NCBI GenBank assembly: GCA_017654855.1
Contig: CM030334.1
Location: 3,100,001-3,164,000 of the forward strand
Reading direction: 5' to 3'
Origin: Podospora anserina
Taxonomy: Eukaryota
Length of the DNA: 64,000 bases
This document shows positions 23,852 to 36,234 of the stretch, one piece after another. Both the position numbers and the translations under genes were made by a program. The notes below the pieces were generated by a model. That model was given only the letters and a program-made list of their open reading frames with translations. It searched no databases and was not told the origin of the DNA. Position 1 is the first letter of the stretch, and each line of letters begins with the position of its first letter.

Positions 23852-25265
23852 TTACAGCTGGTGGTGGTTCTGTTCATCCATCGCCTTGATGCGCTTCTTC
23901 AAGAACTCAAACGATGAGAAAAACACGGCGTTCACAGCGCACGATCTCCCCATGCTCACACCAAGACCGCGGTACATGTTGCGCTGAAAAAAGGCAATCT
24001 TGACCGGTTCGACTTTTTGGCCCTTGGAGTACATGAGCGAGTTGCGCTGGTAGATGCTCTTGGCCGAGTCGACTGGGTCTGTGGTTGTTGATGAGCAAAA
24101 AATTAGAACCATGGTCACACGCACGACAGATTCCACCAAACACTTACATATCAGGGCCCAAGATACAATGCCACAGAGGCCGCCTGCCACCAGCACCGCC
24201 AGTGGGTTAGAGTGTGTCCCATCTCCTCCAAATGTCGTCAAGAGCTGTTTGCTGCTCTCATACGTCATAAAGTATGTTCCTGTGCCGAGGGTATCGCGCA
24301 CTTTTGTAAAGTCAGTATCAAATCCCCCTGTCTCCCCTCAAGAAATCAAACTCACAGAGATGTAACCGGAAACCAGTATACAACCCCCCAATCCCCCTAT
24401 GCTTGATGATATTCCCCATCGTCTTCAGCGTCCCCTTGTTCTGATAACTTGCCGCAATAGCATGGCTCTCGGGCTTTGGGCAATTCTTCTTATCCGCAAT
24501 CAACACTGACACTTGGGCACTGAGCTTCGTCAACTCGAAGGGGCAGGCTATGGCTGTTATGCAAGACCCCGCCGTCATCCCAGCCGCTCCAAACGTGGCA
24601 ATCGACCAAAAGTTCGGATATGACCCTTGCTGCGCTACCTGTGCCATCACATCCACCCCAAAATGTCTCTTGACCCAGTCGCTGTACGCATACTTTGACC
24701 GTTGGTAAATCGAAAAGGATATCGTCCGAACAAGCGTAATGCTGGCCATCGGTGCTGTCACTCCTCGGAAAAACCCCCTAAACTTCTCCGTCTGATATGT
24801 CCGCCGCACGCAGTCCACAAAGCCATTATACCGGTACGTTTGCATGCGCGTCTTGACGCTGTCGAGAGGAAACGTCGTCAGGGTGGAGAGCACGCTCGAG
24901 GCCGAGGCGGCCACCTCGACACGGTAACGCTTGAGGAAGCGCTGATAAAGGGCATTGCTGCTAAGGGGCGTTGGCTGGTTCGTCGTCGCGAAGCGGGGGT
25001 CCGTCCTCGCCGCTGACGTGGTTGTTGCGGAGGAGGAGGTGGTGGTGGTGGTACCACTACTGTTAGTGCCGCGGCTGGAGCTAGTAGCTTCGTTCTGGTT
25101 CACGTTGAGCTGGTGTGGTTGCTGCTGCTGCTGCTGTTGTTGTTGTTGTTGGGAAGGAGGCATGATGGGAAACGGAGGTCGGTGGTGACTGTGGGCTGCA
25201 CCATCTTGTTGGAGGAGGATTCTCTGGCGGTGGTCGTTCTCGGCGGACTGGAGCTCAGCAGGCAT
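23852..25265 (-). CDS. Mitochondrial carrier family (SLC25) protein with low-complexity N-terminus; exons 25265-24356, 24300-24148, 24078-23852; about 429 aa
   Basis: Three carrier signatures PLDSVKTRMQ, PFELTKLSAQ, YPVDSAKSIYQ; GFFRG, GLYTG and MYRGLG motifs; introns GTGAGT..AAG and GTAAGT..CAG. Confidence 0.88.
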
Positions 25266-26877
25266 GCTAGCTTGTCCCTGCTTTTGTTCTGTCTCTCAGG
25301 TGATTTTTTGTCCCCTCGTTCTCCTCTTTCTCTCTCTCTATCTATCCTGAGCGCCGGCCAGCTAAAAGACGGTGGCCTCGGGAGCAGCCGAGACCAGAGT
25401 CCTCAGCAGCGCGGTCGCAGAAGGGTCCATCAAGAACCCCCCGCGGGTCCGGTCGAAAAAGGGGCCGTGCCTCTGGCTCTTTGTGTCGATGGGAAGAGCT
25501 CCAAGCTGTGGTGTTGAGTAAACTGGTGGGTAATCTGTTGATTTCCGTTTGTATTCTCGCGGGATGGGAGGAAAGGTAGGTCGTCGATGAGGAGGAACGG
25601 GACCGACGTGAGGAAGGGGGGTTAGGTCGGGTGACAATTGGTGGATGGGACGGCCGTCGAGCTTAACGTTTGTGTGGTTGTGCAGCAGCAGTTCAATGCA
25701 TTTGCAATTGACGAGAGTGGTGCTTTTCGAAAGGTAGATTGCGGGGTCACGACACACAAAGAAGCTTCCTATCGTCGCTGGTTGGCGTGGGCAAGCTCCA
25801 GCGACTCCCCACCATGACCAGATGATTCAAGGGCCCGGTAAGAGCGTCGGCTGTCTAGACTTTAGCGGCTAGTCCCGACCTCAGCGGGGATCTCCTTACC
25901 CGAAGCTCTGCAATTGCGGTGAAAGAATCAAAAAGCTGTGTTTGCTAAAGAGCGAAAGGCCGAAGGAGAAAAAAAAGCTAGCTACGGCCTGTTTTCCGCG
26001 TGCTTGCAGCTCTCGATGCAATGTGTTTTTTTTTCCCCCGCGGTTGGGTTGAGGTGGGAGGGGTCCTACGATGGCTTCAATCCGACTATGCTAACGTCAT
26101 TGCTGCAGCATCGTCTAACCTGATTAGGCGACAGGATTCAAACACATGCAATTCGTGAGATGGGCGAGACTCCAAGAGGGGTTGGTGATGGGTGATGGGC
26201 ACCAGTATATAAAATCAATCACAGGCAAATCTGTATCGCAGACAAAGAAATGCGACAGAATTGTCCCAGTGTAGCATGCCACAAGCAGATCAATCTTCCA
26301 ATCTCTTGTGCTCCCGTCCCATTTTCCTCTTGAATGCGCTGATGTGAGTGACAAGATGGCCCTTTTCCACCGGGACACGGCATGCTCCCCGCTCCCACCT
26401 TCAGACAACCGCGACAGCTCATCTACTCATCATTGACATCTCAACCAAGCTTTTTGCTTGTATCTCCCTCCCCTCAGCCTGGATAAAGCCGACACCCAAT
26501 CTGCGCCCGCCCATCCTTTGTAGATCCGCTATATCAGGGTATCTGCCTGTCCCAGTCCCTTTCCTTTCGCTTGTGCTCATATTGGCGCAGTTTCGACTGT
26601 CTTGAGTGTTTCGTTTCGGAAGCTCGACTCGTGTCGTGAAACTTGAACTGCCTTTTCCCACCATCACAAGCCAGCTCAGCTCAGCTTCCAGCCCACCTAG
26701 ATAGATAGCAAGGCAAATGCCGTTGTCAAACCGCATCTCCCGCCCCTCGGTTCCTGCCGGCCATCGGCCCAGGCACGCCTCACATGGTGTACTGTCATCA
26801 CCGTGCAGCACAAAGCTTCCCGCAGTCTTGGCGACCACCATTAACCACCACCCTCCCTTCATTGTAAACCGCAAAAA

Positions 26878-27330
26878 TCACCTCAAACACAACCCCATAC
26901 TCTCATTCAACATCCCCACCACCCCCTCCCACCCCCTCCACCTCAACCCCCGTTCCTTGACAACATCCCCCCCCCTCTCCGCCAACCTCTTCTTCACCTT
27001 CTCGCTAGCCTTCTCAACCTCCTCCCTCTCCCTCAGCAGATGCTTCCAGCTCTTCCTGTCCACCCTCGTCCTCTCCCAGTGCACCCTCACCAACGTCTTG
27101 CAAATCCTGTGCTCCAACCCCCTCGACTGAGACGCCGCGTGAAAAAACCAAACCGTCCTCCTGATCCTCTCGGGGTGGTAGCTCGCCAGGTTGGACCTAT
27201 CCCGAAAGGCGAGACGGAGTTGGTCCCGGATCACGTACCGCGCCGGCTTGGAGTACTGGACTGCCTGGAGGGCTGAGCGGTAGAGGTGCCGGTACGAGGT
27301 CAGGAGTTCGGTTGTGGTGGGGGTTGTCAT
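26878..27330 (-). CDS. LYR-motif mitochondrial protein (DUF1763-like), 150 aa
   Basis: YRHLYRSALQAVQYSKPARYVIRDQLRLAFR LYR-type motif; C-terminal MLNESMGLCLR. Confidence 0.75.
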   Translation of the reverse strand: MTTPTTTELLTSYRHLYRSALQAVQYSKPARYVIRDQLRLAFRDRSNLASYHPERIRRTVWFFHAASQSRGLEHRICKTLVRVHWERTRVDRKSWKHLLREREEVEKASEKVKKRLAERGGDVVKERGLRWRGWEGVVGMLNESMGLCLR

Positions 27331-27890
27331 GACGATGAAGATCTGGTGTTGAGCTGAGTCGAATTTCGTAGTGTGAAGAAACTGAAGAAAAGGTCAAAGC
27401 GGTTGTAAGAAAGCGAGAGATCCGATGGCTTCAGAAATTCATAGCTTGTGTGCACGGACCATATGACGGACTGCCGTCTTTTTGAGATGGCTTAAGCTTA
27501 AGAGCAGCAATATTCCCAATGAAGACACCAAATAGATTCAATACAACCAATTGATACAGAGCACCATCTCTGCCTAATTCAAGTACCTATCCAAGACGTC
27601 CGCAAACACTGTAGTATATACTACGATTGTAATTATACATTCCGCTCCCCATTCCTTCCCTTCCAACCCATGTTCTACCAACACACCAAAAAAAACAACC
27701 TCATTCAAAGTGGTGTCACTGTACTCCCGCACCTCTTCCAGAACAAATTCCCTATGTGGAGAAGCAAAGAACCGAAAGCCATACCCAGCAGCCCATCTCG
27801 ATGACCAGCGTTCCCGCGCCATCTATATGCATTCAAAAAAAGAACCACACATTCCTCCTCTATTCAAAGTGCACCCTTCCCTTTCCATGT

Positions 27891-29704
27891 CTAATCACCC
27901 CGTTGGTCGATAGGAGCGTACTGTCCGCTAGGACTCGAGCCACCACGGCCCATAAGCCTTGACAACCAACCGCCCAAACCTCCTCTACTTTGTTGCCTGG
28001 AGGACTGGGCCTTGGGATCACCGACCGACGTTGGTGGATCGATGTTCAGTCCTGGAATCGCACTTCCCGGTCCAAATCTCGCCGGCGAGGCGCGGCCTCT
28101 GATGTCAAGGGGCGGAATGGGCGACCCGGAGCGCACGAGCGGATCGGACTCGGCGTGCAAGGCTGGCGTCGAACCAGCAGGTGTGCCCAGCGCGCGAGTG
28201 GCGTCGCCAAAGAGGGCGTCCATGTCCTCGAGGCGGACACCGCGGGTTTCTGGGTAGATAAAGTATACTAGGGATATTGTTAGACTTTGACTTTCAAAAA
28301 AATTAGCAAGGCAGCGGTCAACTTACCAACAACGAAGCTGACGGCACACCAGAATGCGTGGACAAGGTACAACCTCCAGTGAATCCAGTCTTGGAGAATG
28401 GGTGTCATCTGACCCACCAACCAGTTGCAAGCCCAGTTCGTGGCTGTTGACAGACTGGCACCCTTGGAGCGAATCTTGAGAGGGAGAATCTCCGGGGGGT
28501 AGAGCCAGGGGATAGGTCCCCATGAGTATCCGAACGCAGCGTTGTAGATCATGACCATGATGACAACCATTGTTGGCGTCGATGGCACGTCGATGTACAA
28601 AAAGTACGAAATGGCTGACAGCGAGAGGACCATCATAACAGCACCGGACAGCAGGATAGGCCTCCGGCCCCACCGGTCCACCATGTACCATGGCGGGATT
28701 GTCGACAGTAGGTATGTGATACCATTGAACCCGGCCATTAGAATAGCGTCGTGACCAACCCAACCAGCTGACTCGAACACCATCGGCGCGTAGTATGAGA
28801 TAACGTTGATACCGTTGAGCTGGGCCAGGGCCTGTGCTGACATGGCGATAAAGACTCGCCTGCCATACCGCTTGAACATCTCGGAATATGTGCGCTCGCC
28901 TTCCTGCCGTTGGAGGAGAACGTCCATCTTAATGTCGCGGAATTCCTCGCGAGCGCGGGGATCGTGAATGTCACCGCCACCGTACAGGTTGGCAATGACC
29001 ACGATACCTTCCTCGTCATGGTCGTGGTCCAGGAGCCATCTAAAATGGGTTAGCGCGCGGTTCACATGCGTGGTGTAAGTGGTAGCGACAAACCTGGGCG
29101 ATTCGACGATAATCAGACTACCCAAACCAAGAAGACCTCCCATAATGCATTGCATCATCAGGGGCAGCCTCCATGAGGTGTTGCTCTCAATGAAGCCACA
29201 GAAATAATCCACCCACACCGAGGTCGTGTAACCAACAATATTGCCGGTAAACTCAATGCAGGCGAGCTTTCCACGGTTGTGTGGAGGTGAGATTTCAGAC
29301 TGATATACCGGGACGATAGTTGAGAGCATGCCAACTCCCAAACCAGCCACAAACCTACCAACCATCATCATGACCATGTTCGTCGCGGCTGTTTGCAGCC
29401 CACCTCCAACGAAGAAGATCATTGATCCGTACAGAATCGTTTTTCTTCTCCCGATAATATCTCCAATATGCCCAACACAGAGGGACGATATTAATGCACC
29501 AATTTCCAAGATAGCAACCATTGTTGCTATTTCTGCATTGGAAGGTTGGTGGAAATACTCCTTGAAAAAGGGACCGGTGATGATCCCCGACATCACACCT
29601 TGATCATATCCGAAGAGAAACACGCCCAAAGAAACGAAAATAGAAGTAAAATAAATCAACGGCTTGCCCGTCAGGCCGTGGATGGAACTCGAGCTGCCCG
29701 TCAT
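27891..29704 (-). CDS. MFS sugar porter family transporter; exons 29704-29094, 29039-28327, 28267-27891 (566 aa from first AUG; frame open upstream to 30187)
   Basis: LFGYDQGVMSG, DIIGRRK, PVYQSEISPPHNRG, ESPR|WL, QLNGINVISYY, DRWGRRP, WGPIPWLYPPEI, YPETRGVRLEDMD; true start uncertain (see findings). Confidence 0.9.
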
Positions 29705-32700
29705 GATGGTGGCTAGTAGCTGTTCTGCCTTGCTAACGTGACGGTGCGCAGCAGTTGGGATGTGGATTGCCTCTTTGCTAACAGCGCCAGTGTAGCGAGA
29801 GGATGACCGGCTTCTGCTAGAAGACGGCTCTCGGTATCGGACTTTCTTTTTGTGTCTGGGATGGCGTTTGATGACACCTGCAAGGGCTTCGTCGTCGTTT
29901 AATCGCTTGCGCAAGGGATCTTCTTCGGCGAGCTGCTCGGCGATGTCGCCCGTGTCGGTCCACGAAGAGTTCCCTGAGTCGTCCTCCGACTCTGAACTCG
30001 CGGGCTCATCAATGAAATGGCCCTGTCGGGATGATCGGGAGGTGTTATTGTGCACAGGAAGGGTTCGGAGGGGAATGTTCGAGGGGAGACGGGACGGGTT
30101 GGAAGTCGGAATCTTGTCGGTTATGGGGCTGGTTCGCAGCAGCCTCCGTCTGCAGTGGGAGAGGGTCGAGTTGGAGATGTGTGTGTTTTACAGTTGCCGG
30201 CTCCGCAGAAGGCGAAGACATTCGGTCAGATGACTCTGGGAAATGCAGAAAGCTAAACAGCCAAACAACAAAAAACTAGGCACGCTGCAGTGTCGGTCCC
30301 AATGGGAGATGCGGCGGTGGTGTAAGTTGGCACCCTTTGACGCACGGGGTTAACCCCGGCTGCCCTGTGGGCGGATTCAGCGGAGCCGCCAAGCCACCAT
30401 CCCGCAAACCAGGGGGTCCTAAAAACGTCCACTCATCCCCGCTGCCTTGTTCAACCATCTCCGCAACCAACTTTTGGTCCTCTTCTTACAGCACGCCAAG
30501 TCACCCCCTCCAATGTCAATCCTGCAAATCGCTGCTGATACCGGCAGCCGGCACAGAAGAGCCCTGGGCCAATCTTCATCTTATCACGTTTGACCCGTCT
30601 GCCGACTTTAGGGGTTCAAAAACCCGCGGCCATCCTGTCATCCTGTTAATGTTGTTCCACACACAAACTCCATGGACTCTCACAAGACGACTTTGAGCTC
30701 ATCACGCGGCAACCTATTTTCGAAATCGACCGCCTCTGCTTAATCAGGCAACCCACCACCCTGTTCAAGTCCGACGGAAACTCGAATAGATGCTGTCCTG
30801 GAGGGATCAAATGTTTGAAACGTGAAACATGCTGTTTCCCTCACGCCGTCCCACGTTGTCTGTCGTTCCATGACTGTGGGTGAGGCGCGATTCCAGCTCA
30901 CGAGCTGACATGCCTGTGAGGTTACGCAAGGCTCGCCTCAAAAAGCTCAGCACCGGCTGCAGTACGATCAACCAGGCTGAGGAATTGAACCAACGAGCGC
31001 CGATGTTTTGACATTCACACCCATCTGGGTTTCTTCGGCGTCATCCAGCTTGAAACAGACCACGCCGCAGCCAGCTTATGTTGGTGATGCAACAACAACC
31101 CATAGAGCCATTCGGTAGACACTGACTGACACAGCCATACTTGAATTCGCTTGCCGGGTGGCCGAATGCCTTATATATATCAAACAGCTTCACTGCCATG
31201 CAAAATATGCAACGTCAGGACAAAATTCTGCGAGGCTTCCACGCCCCTCCCTTGCATCCGTTGTGCCCCTGGGGCTCATCATGCAGAAGCTCCCTCCCCG
31301 CGGCCGCTATGATGTTTCTCGGGAGACAGGAGACATGGACCATCCCAGAAGGGAAGTCGAGCATGAATCGCCAGGCCGGGGACTGAATGATGCTGAGCTC
31401 AGGAATGGGGCAATTCAATAAAGGCCCCCTGCATGGCCGTTTTTGAGATCTAGTGATATTGCTAACCTTCATTACAGTATACGGACGTCGGCGTTCGTCC
31501 TACGATACACATGAAACGCTGTGTTCGCTCAAATTTCCAGATGCAACCATGCAAGCCAGATCGTGGGGGGAAAGAGAGTACTATAATGGATGGTACTCGG
31601 GCCGGATAATATTCACGGAGTGTTGTCGAGTTGCCCAACTTGTCCTCTCGACCGCGGTGTCATGATTCCAGAACAGTTTGTATTCGATGAGCCGCCGACA
31701 ACAGTTGCTTGCTGTATCATATTGGAAATCAGGTATTGCCCCTACTTCTGATACGATAAAGCACAAGGCGTTGGCCAAGACCACCTATGTTGTCTTGCAA
31801 GTATTAATTTCTAGAGTTTAGAATTGTCTCTTGTCTAGAGTTATAATCGTAGTAGGAGCAATATCCAGCGCTCGGACCATTCATTTCATCTTCTCCCGCT
31901 CTTACAGCAAGCCAATCTTGCCTTGCATGGGACGAAACAGTGGGAATGCAAGTCACATCTCGAGCCGACCGAAAAACCTTGGTCTGAGGCGTTCGTCCAG
32001 TAGTGGCTTCGACAGGGGTGGGTGAGGTGTTTTGGAGAAAACACCAGTGACTGGTGCCCAGACTTTGGATCTCGGAGCAATGAGAGACGGCTCCCTTGCG
32101 TCCAGCTCATCGTGCATAATGGTGGTCTCCCTTCACCCATTATCCATACATAGCTGGCAGTGCTTTTCTGCCTCTGGCCTCGACGTGTCGGACCACACTG
32201 CTACCATCTAGGAGAATACATAACCAGAATACCGACCTCGACCTGACGCCTGCGCCGCCACAGCTTCCGTCATCCTAGTGGAGAGGCCAAGTCACCGATA
32301 CCGACACAGCCAACGGCTGAGCCGAATATAGCATCGGTTGAAGGATGCTCCGTACACAGAAAACAAAAGAACAGAGCAGTAAGAGAAGTCAGGTTGCGTC
32401 GTATCTATAATCTCGGCTTCCATCAACACTCGAGCTCTCTTGATCAGCCGGTTGGCCCCGAATCTGACGGTGATTTCACAAGAGGCTGGGGTTTGGTTCC
32501 TGGAACAGGCAAGTGGACAAGGGCACCCGGCCAATCGCGTGAGCGCAACCGAGGTGTGGGTCACCCTTGCGTGCCACCGAAACGGGGCGCGCTATCCTGT
32601 GTTCTGTGTCCCTGCCGTGGACGTTGGGTGAGGTGAGTGGCTCGACAGTGGCTGCCCCAGGGCATTGAGTTTTATAATTATTGCGGCGATCCGACTGCTG

Positions 32701-33223
32701 CCCGCGCGCAGCTCCTCCTCGTCGCCTGTTTTTCCAGCTTCTCCCCCCCCAACCCCAATCACCACAGCAATTATATCTGCGCCACAGCATTTATCTGCTC
32801 CCGAACCATTCACTCCGAGTATCGCATGCTGCTCCCGACTACAGAATAACTCCAATCATTAGCGCATGGTTTTCAGACGAGAGGAGGACGCCGACGACGA
32901 CGATCAGTTTGCGCGCAAACAGAGCTGGCAGTAAGGAACCACGAACGAGAGGCTGGGAGCTGCAGCAAAAGCCAGGGTCCCCCACCGCCAGCATCCTGCG
33001 ATCCCAGGTCACGACTATCGATCACGGACGAAAAGGCGGAGAATTATTCAAAAGAGCTGAAAAGCCAACTGTGAAGGGGGGCCAACTTTGTCAATTGCGT
33101 AAAATCGCTTGGGGAAAGAAAGGACAATAACGAGGAGAGGCCACCGACAAAACCTGAAACACAACAAACACCCGAGACAATTTCTACGCGCGACGGTCAG
33201 AAATCGCACGACAACAACACACA

Positions 33224-34369
33224 ATGGGGTCAACAAAATTTGGCAACTTCGAGGTGAGCGCGCACCTACCGGCATCGCATGCAGGGTTTTGCGCAGGGAC
33301 GAAACTAACCACAAACTTGGGATCAGGACTTTTGTCGTGACACAACTCTTCCAGTCTGCAATGTAAGCCATCCCAACAGTCGATCACTACAGTGCCAATT
33401 GGTCCCCTCAGATGCTGACCAGACACAGGTTCTCTCAAAAACCCATAATCAGGATGGAGATTGGGGCGGATGCAAGTTGAGAGGCATTACGCTGCCAGGC
33501 GAGGATAGATACCTCGGTAACTTGGGTATGATGTCCCAAGGGTCTCGCGTCTTTATTTACAGATGGAATTCCTGACATTTTTTTTAGGATCGATTCTGCT
33601 TGCGGGAATTGCTATTCTTGTCACCATCTCTCTTATTCTTAAGTCGGAAAGAAAAAGGGCAGCTGTAGGACGAAGGTCAGTGCATTATCATGCGCACGTC
33701 AAACCTTTGGACAGGAGCTAACGGAACTGCAGGGAAATGCAAGTGTTTTTGGTCGGTTATCTGCTTGTGTCTATTGCGGAGATTTTCTCGATAGGAGAAT
33801 TCCCCTTGAACGACCAAGTACGAGTGGTTTTCAGCGCTATCCACATTGGTGCTATCGCGGCGACAACATGGCTGCTTTTCATCAACGGTATTGTGGGTTA
33901 CCAGCTGATGGACGACGGCACGATTCTCTCCCTCGCACTCACCATTGGCTCGGCACTTGCATGGCTCATTGGTGTTGGATACATCGCCCTCGACACCGGT
34001 TACCAGTGGACTACCCAATGGCAGGGCAGCCTTGAGCCTCCCAACCGCAGCATTGCGCTCTACGTCACCTACCTCCTCCTGCCCCTGGTTTGGGTTGTCT
34101 TTTTTGTCGTCCTGGAGCTCGTCCTCGTCATTAAGGTGCTCGGCGAGACGAGGCCGTTGCTGTTCCTGGGCGCGGCAGCTCTCAGCTTCGCCGTGGGTCA
34201 AATCTTCAACTTTGTTGTCAGCCCCTACATTTGCAACGGCACGTCAGGCGCCATCGATGGTTCTCTGTTTCAGACATTATTCACCTTTGTTGCGGTTACG
34301 GTGGTGTGGTTCTTTTGGTCTAGCATCACGGAGGACGACTGGCCTATTCAGCCGACGCAATACCCATAA
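33224..34369 (+). CDS. CHS7: Chitin synthase export chaperone, Chs7 family; exons 33224-33253, 33327-33362, 33429-33525, 33588-33675, 33733-34369; 295 aa
   Basis: Spliced MGSTKFGNFE|DFCRDTTLPVCN|..KRAAVGRR|EMQVFL, NGIVGYQLMDDGT, IDGSLFQTLF, FWSSITEDDW; seven TM segments. May be the second filamentous-fungal paralogue rather than the direct orthologue. Confidence 0.85.
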
Positions 34370-35391
34370 GGTAATGTTTTTTTTGGGGGGGGCATTCATG
34401 CAAACAAAACACCAAAACCAAAACGAAATCGAGTAACGATTTGAGATACCCGCGCAGTTTTATTAATGACAGCAGCAAGCAAGCACACACACTTTTATGG
34501 GAGCAACGGAGTTTTACAGCGGTTTTTTTTTCTTTTTTTCTTTTTTGACGCTCTTTTGTCATTCATATCTTGGGTGGGGGGGTGGCGGTTATTGATATTT
34601 TGGGGACGAAGATGAGGATGGAAGCGATACACAGCGAGCGAGCCGAGACGAGTGGAAGGGAGGAAGGAAAAGTGAAAGAGATTATGATACCAAGGGTTTA
34701 ATATGGATTAACTACATACGGAAGTGCGAACCTGCACAAGGGAAACGGACGATCAAAGGGGAGAGTGAGTTGAAGTATAACTTTCCACCGAACGATATAT
34801 CATTATAGCCACACAGAAAACGGGGGGTTTGGTAGGAATGGAACGGGAGAAAAAGAAAGAAAGAAAGTTAATGTGAATTTGATGTGCGATACAAGTGGGG
34901 ATGAATGAATATGGTGGTGGGTTTGTGTTGTTGTTGTTGTTGTTGTTGTTGTAATGATGTTGTTGTGTTGGGTTGGCGAAGGGGAAGCGAGTTGAATTAG
35001 AAAAAGATGTACATGTCTGTTTTTCGTGTGTTTTCGTGTGTTTGGCTGCTTGGTAGATACCCTGTTCGAGCAATCGTGGTTGTCTAGTCAGGAATGGATA
35101 GCAATGCAATGCGTACAGAGAGAGTGTGGTTTATCATATTTTGCGATTATTATGAATGGCCTTGACTACCATCAACAAACCAACCATTAGACAATTGATA
35201 GTTAGCGGTAAAAAGAAGATACCTCAGTCCCATAAACTCCAACCCCAAAAGTCCCACACCAGCTCTTCTTGGTGCTGCCTTTCGTTTCCTTCCCCTCCTC
35301 ATCACCACCACACTACGAAATATCCATACTTGTATTTTCCCAACCCCAACCCCTCTCCATCCTACACTCTTTCCCCTTTGCATCCTCCTCA

Positions 35392-36234
35392 TCAATACTC
35401 CCTCAACCCCAACTTCCCCAGCTGAATCCTAGGAAACACGCCCCCCGCAACCAACACAACCCCCAACACCACTCCCACTCTCGACACCCCCAACTGCCCC
35501 TTTACATAATCCGTCCACGCCGCGCTCCCCGTAGTCGCCAGAATCATCAACAAAACCCCATACCCAAGATACCGATGCCACTTCCAGACCTTCTTTGCCT
35601 TTTCCTCCCCTCCCCACACACTGGGCGTGACATAAATCGTGAACCCAAACAGATACTGCAGTCCCAGCAACGAGACTGTCGCAACCCCCAAATAAGCGTG
35701 CACAGAGTGGAAGTGAGGCAGTTTGTTGGCGTGTTTGTTTGTTTCGATTATTACTGTTCCTGATAGGAAGAGCAAAAAGGATAAAAGGTGAAGCCAGGCG
35801 TGGAATTTGGCCGCGCGGGTTTTGGCTAGGGGGAGGGATTTTGTTGTTGGTTGGAGGAGGAGGATTGCTTCTGTTGCGACGAGGAGGCCGGTGAGTTGGA
35901 GGATTGGGTGGGGCACTAAGAGAGGTAAAAGGGGGTGGTGGGTTAGGAGGGGGATGAGGATTGAGAGGAGGAGGAGGAGGAGGCCGGTTTGGGAGAGGAT
36001 GCCGGTTCCTGTTGAGGGGAGGTTAGTCAAAGGGGGAAATGGGAGGGGAAAAGGGGGAAACAAACCGAGATAGAGGTTGCGGTACATGGGGGCGTTGGGG
36101 CGTTGGATTGCGTCGCCTGGTCGGCCTAAGAGGGGCTCGTTTTCGTTTGGTTGTTGATGGGTGTCAGGTTCTTCCTGGTGAGGGTGTATCTCGTCCGGCA
36201 AGCGCGGGAGGGAAGGGGTGGTTGTGGAGGTCAT
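35392..36234 (-). CDS. Cytochrome b561 domain membrane protein; exons 36234-36066, 36008-35392; 261 aa
   Basis: Heme-ligand His motifs HPILQ, FHAWLH, HFHSVHAYLG, WKWHRYLG; ENEPLLGRPGDA; 57-nt intron GTTTGT..CTAAC..CAG. Confidence 0.82.
   Translation of the reverse strand: MTSTTTPSLPRLPDEIHPHQEEPDTHQQPNENEPLLGRPGDAIQRPNAPMYRNLYLGLFPPFPLPFPPLTNLPSTGTGILSQTGLLLLLLSILIPLLTHHPLLPLLVPHPILQLTGLLVATEAILLLQPTTKSLPLAKTRAAKFHAWLHLLSFLLFLSGTVIIETNKHANKLPHFHSVHAYLGVATVSLLGLQYLFGFTIYVTPSVWGGEEKAKKVWKWHRYLGYGVLLMILATTGSAAWTDYVKGQLGVSRVGVVLGVVLVAGGVFPRIQLGKLGLREY

Noticed and set aside
31170-31800. TATA box, ATG and a GCTAAC..CAG acceptor suggesting a small spliced gene
   Set aside because: No matching donor or convincing product found; at best a relic.
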